Shown in pieces: positions 23,724 through 37,446 of a stretch of 64,000 bases of DNA. The stretch's first letter is position 1, and every line of letters begins with the position of its first letter. The position numbers and the translations under genes were made by a program. This stretch comes from Alphaproteobacteria bacterium. GTDB taxonomy: Bacteria; Pseudomonadota; Alphaproteobacteria; UBA828. Location of the stretch: contig CBDCQT010000013.1 of assembly GCA_965220745.1 (NCBI GenBank), positions 896,001 to 960,000 of the forward strand. Direction: 5' to 3'. The notes beneath the pieces were generated by a model that was not told the DNA's origin, did no database searches, and worked only from the letters and a program-made list of their open reading frames with translations.

Positions 23724-24616
23724 TCCTGCCCGGCGTCCGGGCCTTCCGATCCGAAGTGTGCCGCCTCCCAGCCCAGCATGACCCGCTTGCGGGAGCGCCC
23801 CCACTCGTAGTTCGAGATGACGCCCGAGCGCCGGATCACCCGGTGGCAGGGGATCAGATACGAGATCGGGTTGGCGGCGACGGCCCCGCCCACCGCGCGC
23901 GCTGAGCGGGGCAGACCCAACGCCTGCGCGAGCGCGTGGTACGACGTGATGCGACCGGGCGGGATTCGCAGCAGCGCCTCCCACACCTTGAGTTGGAAGT
24001 TGGTGCCGCAGAGCGCGAGCCGGAGGGGTTCGGTGGCCGTCGCCCGCCTACCATCGAAAATGCGTGCGACCACGGGTTCGGTTGTGGCTCGATTTTCGTG
24101 GAAGCGCGCGGCGGGCCAGCGGCATTCGAACTCGGCGCGGACGGCTTGGGCATCGCTCCTGTGATCATCGGCGAAGCCGAGAGCGCAGATGCCGCGTTCG
24201 GTCTGCCCGATGAAGCAGGGGCCGAAGGGGCTCGGGTGCACGCCGTACGAAATTTTCACGCCGTTGCCGCCCTGCTTGAAGGCACCGGGGCTCATCGCCT
24301 CGTAGGTGACGAAGAGATCGTGCAGCCGGGAGGGGCCGGAGAGGCCGGCGTCATAGGCAGTATCGAGGACCGAGGCCGCGGCTTCCAGCTGCGCCTTGGC
24401 ATAGTCCAGCGTGAGGAACTGGCCGAAGCGCTTGGGCGAAATGCCTGCCCAGCGGCGGAACATGCGCTGGAAGTGGTGGCAGCTGAGACCAGCCTCCCGC
24501 GCCACGTCGTCGAGGCTCGGTTGATCGCGGAAGTGCTCCTCCAGGTAGAGGATCGCGGCTTCGATGCGGGCGTAGTCGCGCGCATTCTGGGCGATGTCCG
24601 AGGATGTGGATGTCAT
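23705..24616 (-). CDS. AraC-type HTH plus methylated-DNA--protein-cysteine methyltransferase (Cada2-like Ada regulator)
   Basis: HFQRMFRRWAGISPKRF HTH, SRLHDLF, GTNFQLKVWEALLRIP and the PCHRV active site. No N-terminal Ada Zn-binding domain. Start re-picked at MTSTSSD with an AGGAGGG RBS. Confidence 0.9.
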   Translation of the reverse strand: MTSTSSDIAQNARDYARIEAAILYLEEHFRDQPSLDDVAREAGLSCHHFQRMFRRWAGISPKRFGQFLTLDYAKAQLEAAASVLDTAYDAGLSGPSRLHDLFVTYEAMSPGAFKQGGNGVKISYGVHPSPFGPCFIGQTERGICALGFADDHRSDAQAVRAEFECRWPAARFHENRATTEPVVARIFDGRRATATEPLRLALCGTNFQLKVWEALLRIPPGRITSYHALAQALGLPRSARAVGGAVAANPISYLIPCHRVIRRSGVISNYEWGRSRKRVMLGWEAAHFGSEGPDAGQDQALRA

Positions 24617-24662
24617 GGCGGCCCTCCTGAGCCGCCAATCTATGGAGCGCGCAGGCGCCGGG

Positions 24663-24677
24663 CCACCCGATAGTTGC
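24663..24677 (-). promoter_or_regulatory. Putative Cada2/Ada-type operator
   Basis: Minus strand reads GCAA-ctat-CGGGTGG about 47-61 nt upstream of the methyltransferase start. It resembles the GCAA plus CGG motif I recall for Caulobacter Cada2. Confidence 0.5.
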
Positions 24678-24715
24678 GTTGGGATCACATCCAAATTAAT
24701 GTAGTAACATAAATA

Positions 24716-24985
24716 ATGTTAGTAGAGTTCGATTCGGCGAAGCGCGCCGCCACTCTCCAGAGCAGGGGACTGGACATGGCACGCGCCGGAGAGGTGCTGG
24801 CGGGAGCCACGCTGACCGCACAGGACGACCGACGAGACTACGGCGAGGATCGCTTCATCACCATCGGGTTCCTCGACGACGCAATGGTGGTCCTGGTCTG
24901 GACGCCGCGCTATGGCGCGCATCGCATCATTAGCATGAGGAAAGCCAATGAAAGAGAACGAGCATTCTACGGTCCGCGATTCTGA
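24716..24985 (+). CDS. brnT: BrnT family toxin (DUF497)
   Basis: EFDSAK...RGLD, DDRRDYGEDRFITIG and RIISMRKANERE. Confidence 0.9.
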   Translation: MLVEFDSAKRAATLQSRGLDMARAGEVLAGATLTAQDDRRDYGEDRFITIGFLDDAMVVLVWTPRYGAHRIISMRKANERERAFYGPRF

Positions 24986-25205
24986 TCCCGATGACGCGCC
25001 GGACCTTACTCGGGATGGCTGGCCGGAGAAGTTCGCCAAGGCGAAAGTTCGCCGGGGCCGCCCGCCGGTCGCCAAGCCGAAGGTGTCGACCACGATCCGC
25101 CTCTCGCCGGAGGTGATCGATTACTTCAAGGCCGGCGGCCGTGGGTGGCAAACACGAATCGACGAGGCGCTTCGCGACTGGATCGGGAAGCAAGGCGCTG
25201 CATGA
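24948..25205 (+). CDS. brnA: BrnA family antitoxin (DUF4415)
   Basis: DPDDAPDLT, RRGRPP and TIRLSPEVIDYFKAGGRGWQTRIDEALR. Overlaps the toxin gene. Confidence 0.9.
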   Translation: MKENEHSTVRDSDPDDAPDLTRDGWPEKFAKAKVRRGRPPVAKPKVSTTIRLSPEVIDYFKAGGRGWQTRIDEALRDWIGKQGAA

Positions 25206-25224
25206 TCGTTACCGCCCGCGGCGT

Positions 25225-26025
25225 CTATGTCGTGGGCGTCAGGGTTACCCCGTGATTGACCGGCCCGTGGCCGGCGCCATAGCCCGGCGCCGCCTCGATC
25301 GCCGCTCTTAGATAGTGGCGTGCCCGCGCCACGGCATCGATGAGGCCCATGCCCTGCGCGATGCCCGTGGCGATGGCGGAAGCTAGTGTGCAACCCGTGC
25401 CGTGGGTGTGGCGGCTCTCGATCCTCTGTGCATGGAAGCGTTCAATCCCGCCCACGTGACTGAGCAAGTCGGTAATCTCGTCCGACTCAAGGTGACCGCC
25501 CTTAACCAAGACCGCCTTCGGTCCGAGTTCGTGGATTCGTTCGGCGGCGCGCGCCATGTCGTCCGCCGTGGCAATGGTGAGCCCCGTCAGTCGCTCCGCC
25601 TCCGGAATATTAGGCGTCACGAGGTCGGCCCGGCCGATGAGCGCGGTCTCCAGCGCGCGCATCGCCGAGGCCTCAAGCAGCGAGGCCCCGCCCTTGGCCA
25701 CGAGCACGGGATCGACCACCAGGGGGATGCCCTCACCGTAACGCGCCGCGGCGTCGGCGACCGCCTCGATGATGGGCGCGCTGTGGATCATTCCGGTCTT
25801 GATGCAGTCGGCGCCGATGTCGGCCAGCACGACGCGCATCTGCTCGGCGACGAATTCCGCCGGCACCGCGTGGACTGCGTGGACCGTGCGCGTGTCCTGT
25901 GCAGTGAGCGCGGTGATGGCGGTTGAGGCGTAGCCGCCGAGCACGGTCACGGTCTTGATGTCGGCCTGGATGCCGGCGCCGCCGCCCGAATCGGAGCCGG
26001 CGACGATCAGCACACGACCCTTCAT
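25225..26025 (-). CDS. thiD: Hydroxymethylpyrimidine/phosphomethylpyrimidine kinase
   Basis: [37 protein letters not shown] and [11 protein letters not shown]. Confidence 0.96.
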   Translation of the reverse strand: MKGRVLIVAGSDSGGGAGIQADIKTVTVLGGYASTAITALTAQDTRTVHAVHAVPAEFVAEQMRVVLADIGADCIKTGMIHSAPIIEAVADAAARYGEGIPLVVDPVLVAKGGASLLEASAMRALETALIGRADLVTPNIPEAERLTGLTIATADDMARAAERIHELGPKAVLVKGGHLESDEITDLLSHVGGIERFHAQRIESRHTHGTGCTLASAIATGIAQGMGLIDAVARARHYLRAAIEAAPGYGAGHGPVNHGVTLTPTT

Positions 26026-27422
26026 TGCGCCGCGGCGCCCGTGCGCTCCCCCGCGTGTTCCGCCTCGGCCGCTGCGACCACGGCTTCGGCGACATCGTCG
26101 ACCACTTCAGCGACCAGCGCTTCATCGTCCCCTTCGGCCATCACACGGATGACGGGCTCGGTGCCGGACGCGCGAATGACCAGGCGGCCGCGCTCGCCGA
26201 GCCGCGCGTTGCCATCCGCGATCGCCGCTTTAGCCGCGGCGCTCTCAAGCGCTCCGGTGCCGGCGACGCGGACGTTGCGGAGCATTTGGGGGACGGATTC
26301 GAAAAGACCGGTCACGTCACCGGCTCGGCGCCCCGTCGCCGCGAGCGCCGCCAAGGTTTGGAGAGCGGCCATCAAGCCGTCGCCGGTGGTCGCATGGTCG
26401 CTCATGACGATGTGGCCCGACTGCTCGCCGCCCAAGTTGAACCCGTGCTCCCGCATGTGCTCGACGACGTAGCGATCGCCGACGCGGGTGCGCTCCAGGG
26501 TGAGCCCAATGTCTCCGAGGTAGCGCTCCAGGCCCAGATTGGACATGACGGTCGCGACCACGCCGCCGCCTCTCAGCCGTCCCGCCGAGGCCCAACTCGA
26601 CGCGATCAGCGCGAGGATGTAATCGCCGTCGATCACCGCGCCATTCTCGTCACAGATCACGACCCGGTCGGCGTCGCCGTCCAGCGCAATCCCGATATCC
26701 GCGCCGCGTTCCAAGACTGTGCGGACGAGTGCGGCCGTGTCGGTCGAGCCGCAGTCCTGGTTGATGTTGAAGCCATCGGGCTCGGCGCCGATGGTGACGA
26801 CCTCGGCACCAAGCTCCCACAGCACGGTCGGGGCCACTTTGTAGGCGGCGCCGTGGGCGCAGTCGATCACGATGCGCCTGCCTTCGAGACCCAGCGGCTG
26901 CGGGAAGCTGTTCTTGACGAACTCGATGTAGCGGCCCTCGGCGTCGTCGAGGCGGCGTGCCCGCCCCAGCGCCGGCGGCGCCGCCAGTCCGTGCGCGCCG
27001 GAATCGACTGATGCCTCGATGCGTGCCTCCGTCTCGTCCGAAAGCTTGTAGCCGTCCGGCCCGAACAGCTTGATGCCGTTGTCGGCGAAGAGGTTGTGAG
27101 AGGCGGAGATCATCACGCCGAGATCGGCCCGGAGCGCGCGGGTCAGCATCGCCACGGCGGGCGTCGGCATGGGGCCCACCAGGATCACGTCCACGCCCAC
27201 CGAGATGAAGCCCGCCGTCAGCGCCGGCTCGAACAAGTAGCCCGAGAGCCGCGTGTCCTTGCCGATGACCACGCGATGCCGGTGGTCGCCGCGCACGAAG
27301 AGACTGCCGGCGGCAGCGCCCACCTTCATCGCGGTCTCGGCGGTCATCGGCTCCTGGTTCGCGATGCCACGAATGCCGTCGGTACCGAAGAGCGAGCGTG
27401 GCGCTCCACCGGCGCGGCTCAC
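26022..27422 (-). CDS. glmM: Phosphoglucosamine mutase
   Basis: [37 protein letters not shown] and RASGTEP. GTG start overlaps the folP stop. Confidence 0.96.
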   Translation of the reverse strand: MSRAGGAPRSLFGTDGIRGIANQEPMTAETAMKVGAAAGSLFVRGDHRHRVVIGKDTRLSGYLFEPALTAGFISVGVDVILVGPMPTPAVAMLTRALRADLGVMISASHNLFADNGIKLFGPDGYKLSDETEARIEASVDSGAHGLAAPPALGRARRLDDAEGRYIEFVKNSFPQPLGLEGRRIVIDCAHGAAYKVAPTVLWELGAEVVTIGAEPDGFNINQDCGSTDTAALVRTVLERGADIGIALDGDADRVVICDENGAVIDGDYILALIASSWASAGRLRGGGVVATVMSNLGLERYLGDIGLTLERTRVGDRYVVEHMREHGFNLGGEQSGHIVMSDHATTGDGLMAALQTLAALAATGRRAGDVTGLFESVPQMLRNVRVAGTGALESAAAKAAIADGNARLGERGRLVIRASGTEPVIRVMAEGDDEALVAEVVDDVAEAVVAAAEAEHAGERTGAAAQ

Positions 27423-28537
27423 CGGAGTATCTCCTGTACTGCTGCCTCGGGGTCGCGAATGCCTCGCCACATCGCGAGCGCTTGGCGGGTTTCGGCAACG
27501 TCATGCACGCGCAGGATGTGGGCGCCTTCGCCGAGCGCGTGCAGTCCCGCCGCCAGCGAGCCCGGCAGCCGTGCCTTTGGCGCCTCGCCCGCACTGAGCC
27601 GCCCGATAAAACTCTTGCGCGATGCGCCGACGAGCAACGGGCAGCCCAGGCCGTGGAACAGCGCGATATCGCGCAGGACTTCGAGATTGTGGCGCACCGT
27701 CTTGCCGAAGCCGATGCCTGGATCGACGATGATCCGCGCGCGGGGGATGCCGGAGGCTTCCGCTGCGCTCATGTGGGCGGCCAGCGCATCGAACACATCG
27801 AGGCTCGCGTCCTCGTAGCGGGGCTCGCGCTGCATGGTCTCCGGCGTGCCCTGCATGTGGCTGAGCACGACCCAAGCGCCGTGCCGGGCGACGACCGCGC
27901 ATGCCTGCGGATCGTGGCTGAGCGCGCTGATGTCGTTCACGACCCGCGCACCGGCATTGAGTGCGGCATCCATCACCGTAGCGCGGCGGGTATCGACCGA
28001 GACCAGAATTCCTTCTTCGGCGAGGGCACGAATCACCGGGATCACCCGGCGAAGTTCCTCCGCCTCGCTCGGTGCCTGCGAGCCAGGTCGGGTCGACTCG
28101 CCGCCGACGTCGATGATGTCGGCGCCGGCTGCGGCCATGGCGCCGCCGTGCGCGATCGCGTCGTCTTCGGCCGCGAAGTCGCCGCCGTCGGAGAAGCTGT
28201 CAGGCGTCACGTTTAGGACGCCCATCAGGCGTGGCCGGTCGAGCACGAGCCCGCAGACCGGACTACGAGGCGCGCTCAGGCGGGCGCTGAGCTGTGCGAT
28301 TTCGTCGGCTGCGCCTGGCGCGTTCTTCTCGGCCCAGCGCGAGAGCACGGCTTGTTGCAGCCTGATCCGACGGCGCGCAGGTGTGCCCCGAAAGAGCACG
28401 TCCACCAGGTCGAAGGTGAGCGCCTCACCGGGGACCGGGTTACAAGGCCGCAAGTAGACGCTGCCGACGCGAGGCTCCGGCAACGCGCCTTCGGCGTCTT
28501 CTCGTTCAGAATGTCTCAGAGGTACCGCCGCCGGCAT
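27419..28537 (-). CDS. folP: Dihydropteroate synthase with an N-terminal extension
   Basis: [40 protein letters not shown] and LRVHDV. Sits in the ftsH-folP-glmM context. Confidence 0.95.
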   Translation of the reverse strand: MPAAVPLRHSEREDAEGALPEPRVGSVYLRPCNPVPGEALTFDLVDVLFRGTPARRRIRLQQAVLSRWAEKNAPGAADEIAQLSARLSAPRSPVCGLVLDRPRLMGVLNVTPDSFSDGGDFAAEDDAIAHGGAMAAAGADIIDVGGESTRPGSQAPSEAEELRRVIPVIRALAEEGILVSVDTRRATVMDAALNAGARVVNDISALSHDPQACAVVARHGAWVVLSHMQGTPETMQREPRYEDASLDVFDALAAHMSAAEASGIPRARIIVDPGIGFGKTVRHNLEVLRDIALFHGLGCPLLVGASRKSFIGRLSAGEAPKARLPGSLAAGLHALGEGAHILRVHDVAETRQALAMWRGIRDPEAAVQEILR

Positions 28538-28553
28538 GACGGCTCAGGTGCCG

Positions 28554-30482
<1,929 letters not shown>

Positions 30483-30626
30483 CGTTCGGCCTCCGATTGT
30501 CCTCGCGTTCGTCTACGGCCGACGCCGTCAGCGGCAAAGCAACCCGCGTGCAATCCACACGCGTAGCCGCTGCAGTGTACACGACATTCGCCGCGCGGAC
30601 GATCAATAGTCTCTTCAACGGTTTCG

Positions 30627-32069
30627 TCAACTGTCTTCATCCTGCAACGGCAACACGCGAAGCGTCGCCGGGAGGCCCGGTGCCAAGGGACGCGTTGGCC
30701 GAAACGACACTGAAAACTCTGCGGCCCCGGCCTCGTGTTGGGGCGATGCACGTCTGAATCCCAAGTGGGGAGCGGCGAGCGGACCGTCAAGGTCGAACAA
30801 CGCGGGCAGTGAAGGCCGCGCCGGTGCTGGGAAGCTATCGGTCGTGAGTGGCATACCTGAGCTGCGAACCATTGCGCGGGCCTGAGCCAAGCCGTCGGTC
30901 CCGAGTCGGCGGACGACGAAGGGCCCAGCGGCGGCGGAGAGTTCCAGAGAGACGACGAATCGGTGGTCCCACAGTGTGCTCTCGCCCGGCGCGAGCGGGC
31001 AAACTTCCGAGGCGGCAGACGGTTCTCGGCATACGACGACCCGCCCATCTCGCTGCGGCACCACGCGGCATCCGCCGAGCGTCGCCGCCTTGGTGCCATC
31101 GTCGAGCAATCGGTGGGCGAGCCGCTCCAATCTTTCTTGCCGTGGCGGATAGGCGCTGCCGGAGACCGTAGTAACGACACAGCCCAACGCACGCACCGCC
31201 AGAGCAGACGGCGCCCGCCGCAAGACGCTCAGGTCCAGGATCACGAAGCCCGCCGGCGAGGGGCGCGCGCAGGTGGCCAGCAGGTCGGTGCAGAGCCGCT
31301 CCAGCGCGGCACGGTCGCTTGCAGCGCGAGTCGCGGCACTCGCCAACCGCGAAACGCTCAGCCCTTCGGACCCGAGGCGTGCCAATGCCGCTGCCAGGCG
31401 TGGGCGGGCATGACGGACGTCGCGGTTAGTCGGATCGTCAATCCAGGGCTGATTCCAACGAGCCAAGGTCGCGATCAGCGCGGCGCGTGACACGGGAAGC
31501 AGGGGTCGGAGCAAACGGACGCCTCCACCTGCCGGCTCCATCGCCAGGCGAACCGGTGCCATGCCTGCAAGTCCGTCGATACCGCTTCCACGGACGAACC
31601 GTTGTAGTGCGGTCTCCGCCTGATCCTCCCGCTGATGGCCGAGCAACAGGTGGAGAATGCCCACCCGCCGACACCAGCCGGTGAGCAGTGCAAGTCGCGC
31701 GGCCCGTGCCTGTTCTTGGATTGCCGAGAGAGGGGGAGCGCCCTTCCAGCGGAGCGCGTGGTGGGCAATGGCGCGGGCCTCGAGCCAGCGCCGCACCTGC
31801 GCGGATTCGGCGGCCGATTCAGAGCGCAAGCGGTGGTCGACGGTGAGCCCATATACCGTGCCGCTCCGTGACCGTGCCCAGCGATCGGCCAGCAAGCAAA
31901 GTGCGAGGCTGTCCGGACCACCGGAGACCGCCACCGCGATCCTCGGCATGGGCTCGAAGGGGCCGAGCGGCGCCATGAGCACCTCGAAAGCCGCCGCATC
32001 GATGGCTGCGGCGCCGGGCTCCACGCTTTCGGGTCTGACGATGCGGGGCGCGGCCACGGGCAGAGACAC
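30627..32069 (-). CDS. tilS: tRNA(Ile)-lysidine synthetase
   Basis: AVSGGPDSLAL, VDHRLR, GHQREDQAET, LLRPLL and WIDDPTN, located between cpoB and ftsH. Start is uncertain; GTG at 32069 chosen. Confidence 0.92.
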   Translation of the reverse strand: MSLPVAAPRIVRPESVEPGAAAIDAAAFEVLMAPLGPFEPMPRIAVAVSGGPDSLALCLLADRWARSRSGTVYGLTVDHRLRSESAAESAQVRRWLEARAIAHHALRWKGAPPLSAIQEQARAARLALLTGWCRRVGILHLLLGHQREDQAETALQRFVRGSGIDGLAGMAPVRLAMEPAGGGVRLLRPLLPVSRAALIATLARWNQPWIDDPTNRDVRHARPRLAAALARLGSEGLSVSRLASAATRAASDRAALERLCTDLLATCARPSPAGFVILDLSVLRRAPSALAVRALGCVVTTVSGSAYPPRQERLERLAHRLLDDGTKAATLGGCRVVPQRDGRVVVCREPSAASEVCPLAPGESTLWDHRFVVSLELSAAAGPFVVRRLGTDGLAQARAMVRSSGMPLTTDSFPAPARPSLPALFDLDGPLAAPHLGFRRASPQHEAGAAEFSVSFRPTRPLAPGLPATLRVLPLQDEDS

Positions 32070-32080
32070 CCCGGCCCTAG

Positions 32081-33118
32081 TCAGGGACAGTTCGCTTGGC
32101 GCCGCCCCTGCTGTGCCGCCCGGCGGATATTGAGCGGCGGGTCGGAAAACGCTTGGTCGAGCTGCTCGAAGGCCCGGCACGCCTCTTCGCTGCGGCCGAG
32201 CTTGAGCAATGCGATGCCGAGCTTGACCATGTTGTCCGGTGCTTTGCGGCCCTCCGGGTACTGGCGAAGGTTGAGCGCGTAGGATTTCGCCGCCTCCGGA
32301 TACATCTGCCTGGCGTACAGGCTCTCGGCACGCCAATAGGCCGCGTTCTGCGCGAGGGCATCCGTGGGGTTCGCGTCGATGAAGCGCGAGAACGCTTCGT
32401 GTGCCTCTTCGTAGCGCGCCTCCTCCAGCAGGCCGAATGCCGCCTGGTACTGCTCTTCCGGTGTTCCGGTGAGCGACAGCGCGGTATCGCCAGACTGTTC
32501 CGCGGGCACCGTGCCAAGTGTGCGGGGCGCCGCGGAGGGCTCATAGCCCGCATCCTGTCCTGGCGTGATGCTGGCCTGGACTTGCCCCGTAGGCGCTGCA
32601 GAGGGCGTCTCGGTGCCGGACGACGCGACCGAAGCCGTCGGCACTCCGCCTTGCTGCTGTTCGAGGGCGGACAGTCTGAAGTCCACGTCCGCGACCAGCC
32701 GCTCGATGCGTCCATCGAGTCTGCGAAGCACATTATCGAACTCCTCGAAGCGGCCGGTGACACGGCGCCGCCATTCTCGGGCCTCGTCGATGTCGCTCTC
32801 AAGCTCCGCCAAGCGTCGCGCGTTCCGACTCGCGAGCCCGGAGTCCGCCTCCGACTCGGCCGCTGCGTCGCGTCGCGTGCCGCCGGTGTGGACCGTCTTC
32901 TCGAGGTCAGAAAGCTGGGCACGGAGGCTGGAGATCTGGTTGCTGAGATTGATGATCTGCCGCCTGAGCTCGGCAGCGGATTGAGCGTCGGCCGTCGTCG
33001 GTGCAAGCAGCAAAACGACGACCGCCAGCGCTCCCAATGCTGCCGCAGGCCCCGCCGCCAGCCACCACCGCCTGCGGCGGCCCGCGACGCCACGCGGGCT
33101 GGCTGCGACGCCGCCCAT
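32081..33118 (-). CDS. cpoB: Tol-Pal system protein CpoB/YbgF
   Basis: Signal peptide, coiled coil and C-terminal TPR (AQNAAYWRAES, KAPDNMVKLG). Immediately downstream of pal. Confidence 0.9.
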   Translation of the reverse strand: MGGVAASPRGVAGRRRRWWLAAGPAAALGALAVVVLLLAPTTADAQSAAELRRQIINLSNQISSLRAQLSDLEKTVHTGGTRRDAAAESEADSGLASRNARRLAELESDIDEAREWRRRVTGRFEEFDNVLRRLDGRIERLVADVDFRLSALEQQQGGVPTASVASSGTETPSAAPTGQVQASITPGQDAGYEPSAAPRTLGTVPAEQSGDTALSLTGTPEEQYQAAFGLLEEARYEEAHEAFSRFIDANPTDALAQNAAYWRAESLYARQMYPEAAKSYALNLRQYPEGRKAPDNMVKLGIALLKLGRSEEACRAFEQLDQAFSDPPLNIRRAAQQGRRQANCP

Positions 33119-33141
33119 CGCTCTTCCGGCCCTCCGGTTTC

Positions 33142-33714
33142 CTAATCGATGACGGAGACGGAGCGCCGATTGAGCGCCCAGGCCTCTTCATTGTGACCGA
33201 GCGCGTAGGGTCGCTCCTTGCCGTACGAGACCGTTCTGAGCCGCGACGGCGCGATGCCCTGATCGATCAAGTACTCACGAACTGCGTTGGCGCGACGTTC
33301 GCCAAGGGCAAGGTTGTATTCGCGGGTACCGCGTTCGTCGGCATGGCCCTCGATCACCAGCGAGACCTCGGGGAACAGCCTGAGCCACTCGGACTGACGA
33401 TCCAGCGTGCGCCGCGCATCTGCGCCGAGAACCGCGCTGTCGAAATCGAAGAACACGCGGTCGCCGACGTTCTGAACAAGCTCCTCTTGCGATCCGGGAA
33501 GCGGCTGGCTCGGGTCAAGGGCGGCCACCGTCGTCTCTTCCTCGATCATGATGTCGCTGTCAGAGGTGTCCGTGCCCGAATCCAGCGTTTGGTCGGCCCC
33601 GGTACCGGTGGTCGAAGCGGTTTCTTCTGGCGTGCTCTCGCATGCCGCCACGCCGAGCGCCAACAGAAGCGGCAAGATCAGTCTCAGTCGCATTCGCATG
33701 CTCTCCTTCATCAT
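33142..33714 (-). CDS. pal: Peptidoglycan-associated lipoprotein
   Basis: Lipobox LGVAAC, VFFDFDS, IEGHADERGTREYNLALGERRA and SYGKERP. Confidence 0.96.
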   Translation of the reverse strand: MMKESMRMRLRLILPLLLALGVAACESTPEETASTTGTGADQTLDSGTDTSDSDIMIEEETTVAALDPSQPLPGSQEELVQNVGDRVFFDFDSAVLGADARRTLDRQSEWLRLFPEVSLVIEGHADERGTREYNLALGERRANAVREYLIDQGIAPSRLRTVSYGKERPYALGHNEEAWALNRRSVSVID

Positions 33715-33877
33715 TCGGTAGCGGCGGGACCGTCGCTATCCCGTCCACACCTATCTGGAATCCTACCGATCCTCAAACGCCAATGCCCGGCGCAACGCAT
33801 GATTGCGTGCCGTGGGGCTGAGCCGCTGCCGAAGCGGCAGTCTCGTCGGATGGCAAGGCGACTATATCTTTGGGTCA

Positions 33878-35242
33878 TTACTGGATCAACGGCGACCAGG
33901 CCGGATCGGAGGCCGCCGTGCTCGTGAAGAGGATGCGCTCGTTGCGTCCCGTCAAGTCGATGGTGACCAGTTCGGCGCTATCGGGATCACGCGAGCTCGA
34001 ACGGAAAAACATGAGCACACGCCCGTTCGGCGCCCAGGTCGGGCCTTCCACCAGATAATCTCGCGCCAGAATTCGCTCGCCACTCCCGTCAGTCTTCATG
34101 ACGCCGATCGAGAACTGGCCGCGATGGCTCTTGGTGAAGGCAATCAGGTCGCCGCGCGGCGACCATACCGGGGTCCCGTAGCGGCCTTCGCCGAAGGTGA
34201 TGCGGCGCACGTCGCTCCCGTCGCGTCGCATCACGTAAATCTGCTGGCTGCCGCCTCGGTCCGATTCGAAGGCGATGAACTGGCCGTCCGGCGAGTAGCA
34301 GGGCGCGGTCTCGATCGCCGGGTTGTTGGTGAGCCGCCTAGTCCCACGCGAGCGCAAGTCCATTTCGTAGATTTCCGAATTTCCATCGCGCGCCAACGTC
34401 ATGACCACATGATTGCCGTCAGGCGAGAAGCGCGGCGCGAAGGTCATACCGGGAAAATCGCCAAGGATCTCCTGCTGGCCAGTGTCGATGTGGCGCAGGT
34501 AGACCTTCGGCACGCCGCGCTCGTAGGAGAGGTAAGTGATCTCCTGCGCGGTCGGCGAAAAGCGAGGGGTCAACACCAGATGGCGGCCGTCCGACAAGTA
34601 GCGCAGGTTATGGCCGTCCTGATCCATGATCGCCAAGCGCTTGATGCGCTTGTTGGGCGGTCCGGTCTCGGCGATGTAGACGACCCGGGTGTGGAAATAG
34701 CCGCTCTCGCCGGTCAGCCGCTCGTAGATCTTGTCGGACATGGTGTGGGCGATGGGGCGCCACGCTTCGGCCGAGCCGCTCAGCTTCAGTCCCACCAGGT
34801 CTTGCTCGGCGAACACGTCCCACAGGCGGAATTCGACCGTGAGTCGACCGGTGTCGCTGGGTACCACGCGACCCGTCACCAGCGCTTGCGCATTGATGAT
34901 GCGCCAATCCTGGAAGCGCGGCCGCACGCTCATTCCGCCCGCGCCACTGATAAAGGCGGCCGGATCGATGGCGCGGAACAGGCCGGAGCGCTCCAAATTT
35001 CGGGTGATCACTTGTGTGATCTGCCGGCCAATCTTGGCATCCGCCTCGTTCGCGCCGGCGAGATCGACCAGCGCGATGGGAAGCGGCTCCACGTGGCCGC
35101 GCGTGATGTCCACGCGGAGCTCGGCCTTGGCAGTGCTGGCGGCTGCGAGGAGCGCCAGGGTGAGGACGACGGCGGCTGGGAGGAGCAGGGCCTGGCGCGC
35201 CGTGTGCCCAACATGTCCACTCAGTGTCAGCAATCGTCTCAT
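33878..35242 (-). CDS. tolB: Tol-Pal beta-propeller protein TolB
   Basis: RLAIMDQDG and repeated PRFSP/PVWSP/PTWAP/PAWSP propeller motifs. Operon context fits. Confidence 0.96.
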   Translation of the reverse strand: MRRLLTLSGHVGHTARQALLLPAAVVLTLALLAAASTAKAELRVDITRGHVEPLPIALVDLAGANEADAKIGRQITQVITRNLERSGLFRAIDPAAFISGAGGMSVRPRFQDWRIINAQALVTGRVVPSDTGRLTVEFRLWDVFAEQDLVGLKLSGSAEAWRPIAHTMSDKIYERLTGESGYFHTRVVYIAETGPPNKRIKRLAIMDQDGHNLRYLSDGRHLVLTPRFSPTAQEITYLSYERGVPKVYLRHIDTGQQEILGDFPGMTFAPRFSPDGNHVVMTLARDGNSEIYEMDLRSRGTRRLTNNPAIETAPCYSPDGQFIAFESDRGGSQQIYVMRRDGSDVRRITFGEGRYGTPVWSPRGDLIAFTKSHRGQFSIGVMKTDGSGERILARDYLVEGPTWAPNGRVLMFFRSSSRDPDSAELVTIDLTGRNERILFTSTAASDPAWSPLIQ

Positions 35243-35294
35243 TGTCGCACCGTCGGTTCCTTTGTTTCGATCCTATGCAATCCCGGTGAACGCC

Positions 35295-36254
35295 TCACAC
35301 CGGTGGACTGAAGGTCATGGTGATGTCGCGCCAACCTTCATACTTGTCCACGTGACGCGTCAGGGCATCGAAGGGGCTGGCCTTCAGCACGGCACGGCGG
35401 CCGCTCTCCGCCATCGTCCTGTAGTTGGCGCCCCCGCCGTCGTCGACGATCTCTACCCGGCGAACGGACCCGTCCGGTCCCAACTGGATCCTCAACGTCA
35501 CCACCAACTCGCCGGCATCGAGGACACCGGCCGGAACGCTCCAGTTCCGCTCGACCTTCTGCTTGATGGCATCGGTGATCGTCCGCCGCAAGGGCCCGGT
35601 GAGGGGAGCCGGTGCATTGACCTCCGGGGGCGGTTCGTCATCCACACCGGCGATGCTCGCGAGCATGTCATCGAAGGACGGCTCTTCCGTCTTTTTCTCG
35701 GGCGGCAGGGTTGCGTCGGGCTCTTCGTCCGTGAGGCTTTGCAGCAGGGTGTCGAAACTCGGCTTCTTCTTCACCGGTGGCTTGGCAATAGGCAACGGCG
35801 GCGGTCCGGGGTCGGGCGGCGGATCCGGCTTCACCTCGGGTGCCTTCGGCGCCGGCTCAGGTTCGGGCTCTACGACGGGCTCGGGCGGCGGCGCCGGTTC
35901 CGGCTCCACAATGGGCTCCGGCTCTGGTTCGATAACCGGCTCCGGATCCAAAGCGGCGAAGACCTCGGGCTCCGGTTCCGGCACAGGCTCCGGCTCGGGC
36001 TCTGCAACGACCTCAGGCTCGGGCTCCGGTTCGAGCTCCGGCGCAGCCTCGGGGATCGGCTCCGGCTCCGGCTCGGGCTTGGCCTCCTCGGCGGGAGCAG
36101 TCGACTCCTCGGCGAACTCCACCACGCTGACTACGATCGGCTGATCGCTGGGGACGAGCGCGTCGCTCTCGAACACCTGCGGCAGGCCCAGTACTGCGGC
36201 GACGATCACGCCGACATGGAGCAGGCCGGAGAAGAGCCAGCCGCGCTTACTCAT
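35295..36254 (-). CDS. tolA: TolA/TonB-like energy transducer
   Basis: TM helix with SGLLH (SxxxH), Pro/Glu-rich linker and C-terminal domain ([13 protein letters not shown]). Located between tolR and tolB. Confidence 0.85.
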   Translation of the reverse strand: MSKRGWLFSGLLHVGVIVAAVLGLPQVFESDALVPSDQPIVVSVVEFAEESTAPAEEAKPEPEPEPIPEAAPELEPEPEPEVVAEPEPEPVPEPEPEVFAALDPEPVIEPEPEPIVEPEPAPPPEPVVEPEPEPAPKAPEVKPDPPPDPGPPPLPIAKPPVKKKPSFDTLLQSLTDEEPDATLPPEKKTEEPSFDDMLASIAGVDDEPPPEVNAPAPLTGPLRRTITDAIKQKVERNWSVPAGVLDAGELVVTLRIQLGPDGSVRRVEIVDDGGGANYRTMAESGRRAVLKASPFDALTRHVDKYEGWRDITMTFSPPV

Positions 36255-36701
36255 CGCTCCCCGCCGTGCGCGGTTCCGTCACCAGCGCCAGGTTGTTGAA
36301 GCCCGCGCGGTTGAGCGCGCCCATGACCTCCATCACGCGGCCGTAAGCGATCTCCTGGTCGCCCCGGATGAATATCCGGACATCGGGGCGGCGCTCGGTG
36401 ATCGCCTTGAGCTTGGGAATCAGCTCATCCACGGTCACCTCGGTTTCCTGAAGATAGGTGGTGCCGTCGCGGGCGACGGTGACCGAGAGCGGCTCGTCGT
36501 CTCCCGGCAAGGGCGGTGCATCGGACTTGGGCAGATCGACCTCAACGCCGACTGTCAGCAGCGGTGCCGTGATCATGAAGATCACCAGGAGCACCAGCAT
36601 GACGTCGACGAAGGGCGTGACGTTGATCTGGCTCATGGGCGGGCGCCGGCGGCGTCCGCCTCTGCTGCGGCCGTTGAGCGCTCCGTCAAACTCGGCCGCC
36701 A

Positions 36702-36702
<1 letters not shown>
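36247..36702 (-). CDS. tolR: TolR
   Basis: [22 protein letters not shown] and [15 protein letters not shown]. Confidence 0.95.
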
Positions 36703-37436
<734 letters not shown>

Positions 37437-37446
37437 GCGTTCCCCG

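Noticed and set aside
28250-28537. FolP N-terminal extension as a novel fusion
   Set aside because: Similar extensions of about 100 aa (YLRP... region) are common in alphaproteobacterial FolP, and the exact start is uncertain.
35810-36085. GAGCCG-type tandem repeats
   Set aside because: They encode the Pro/Glu linker of TolA and are not a repeat element or CRISPR array.
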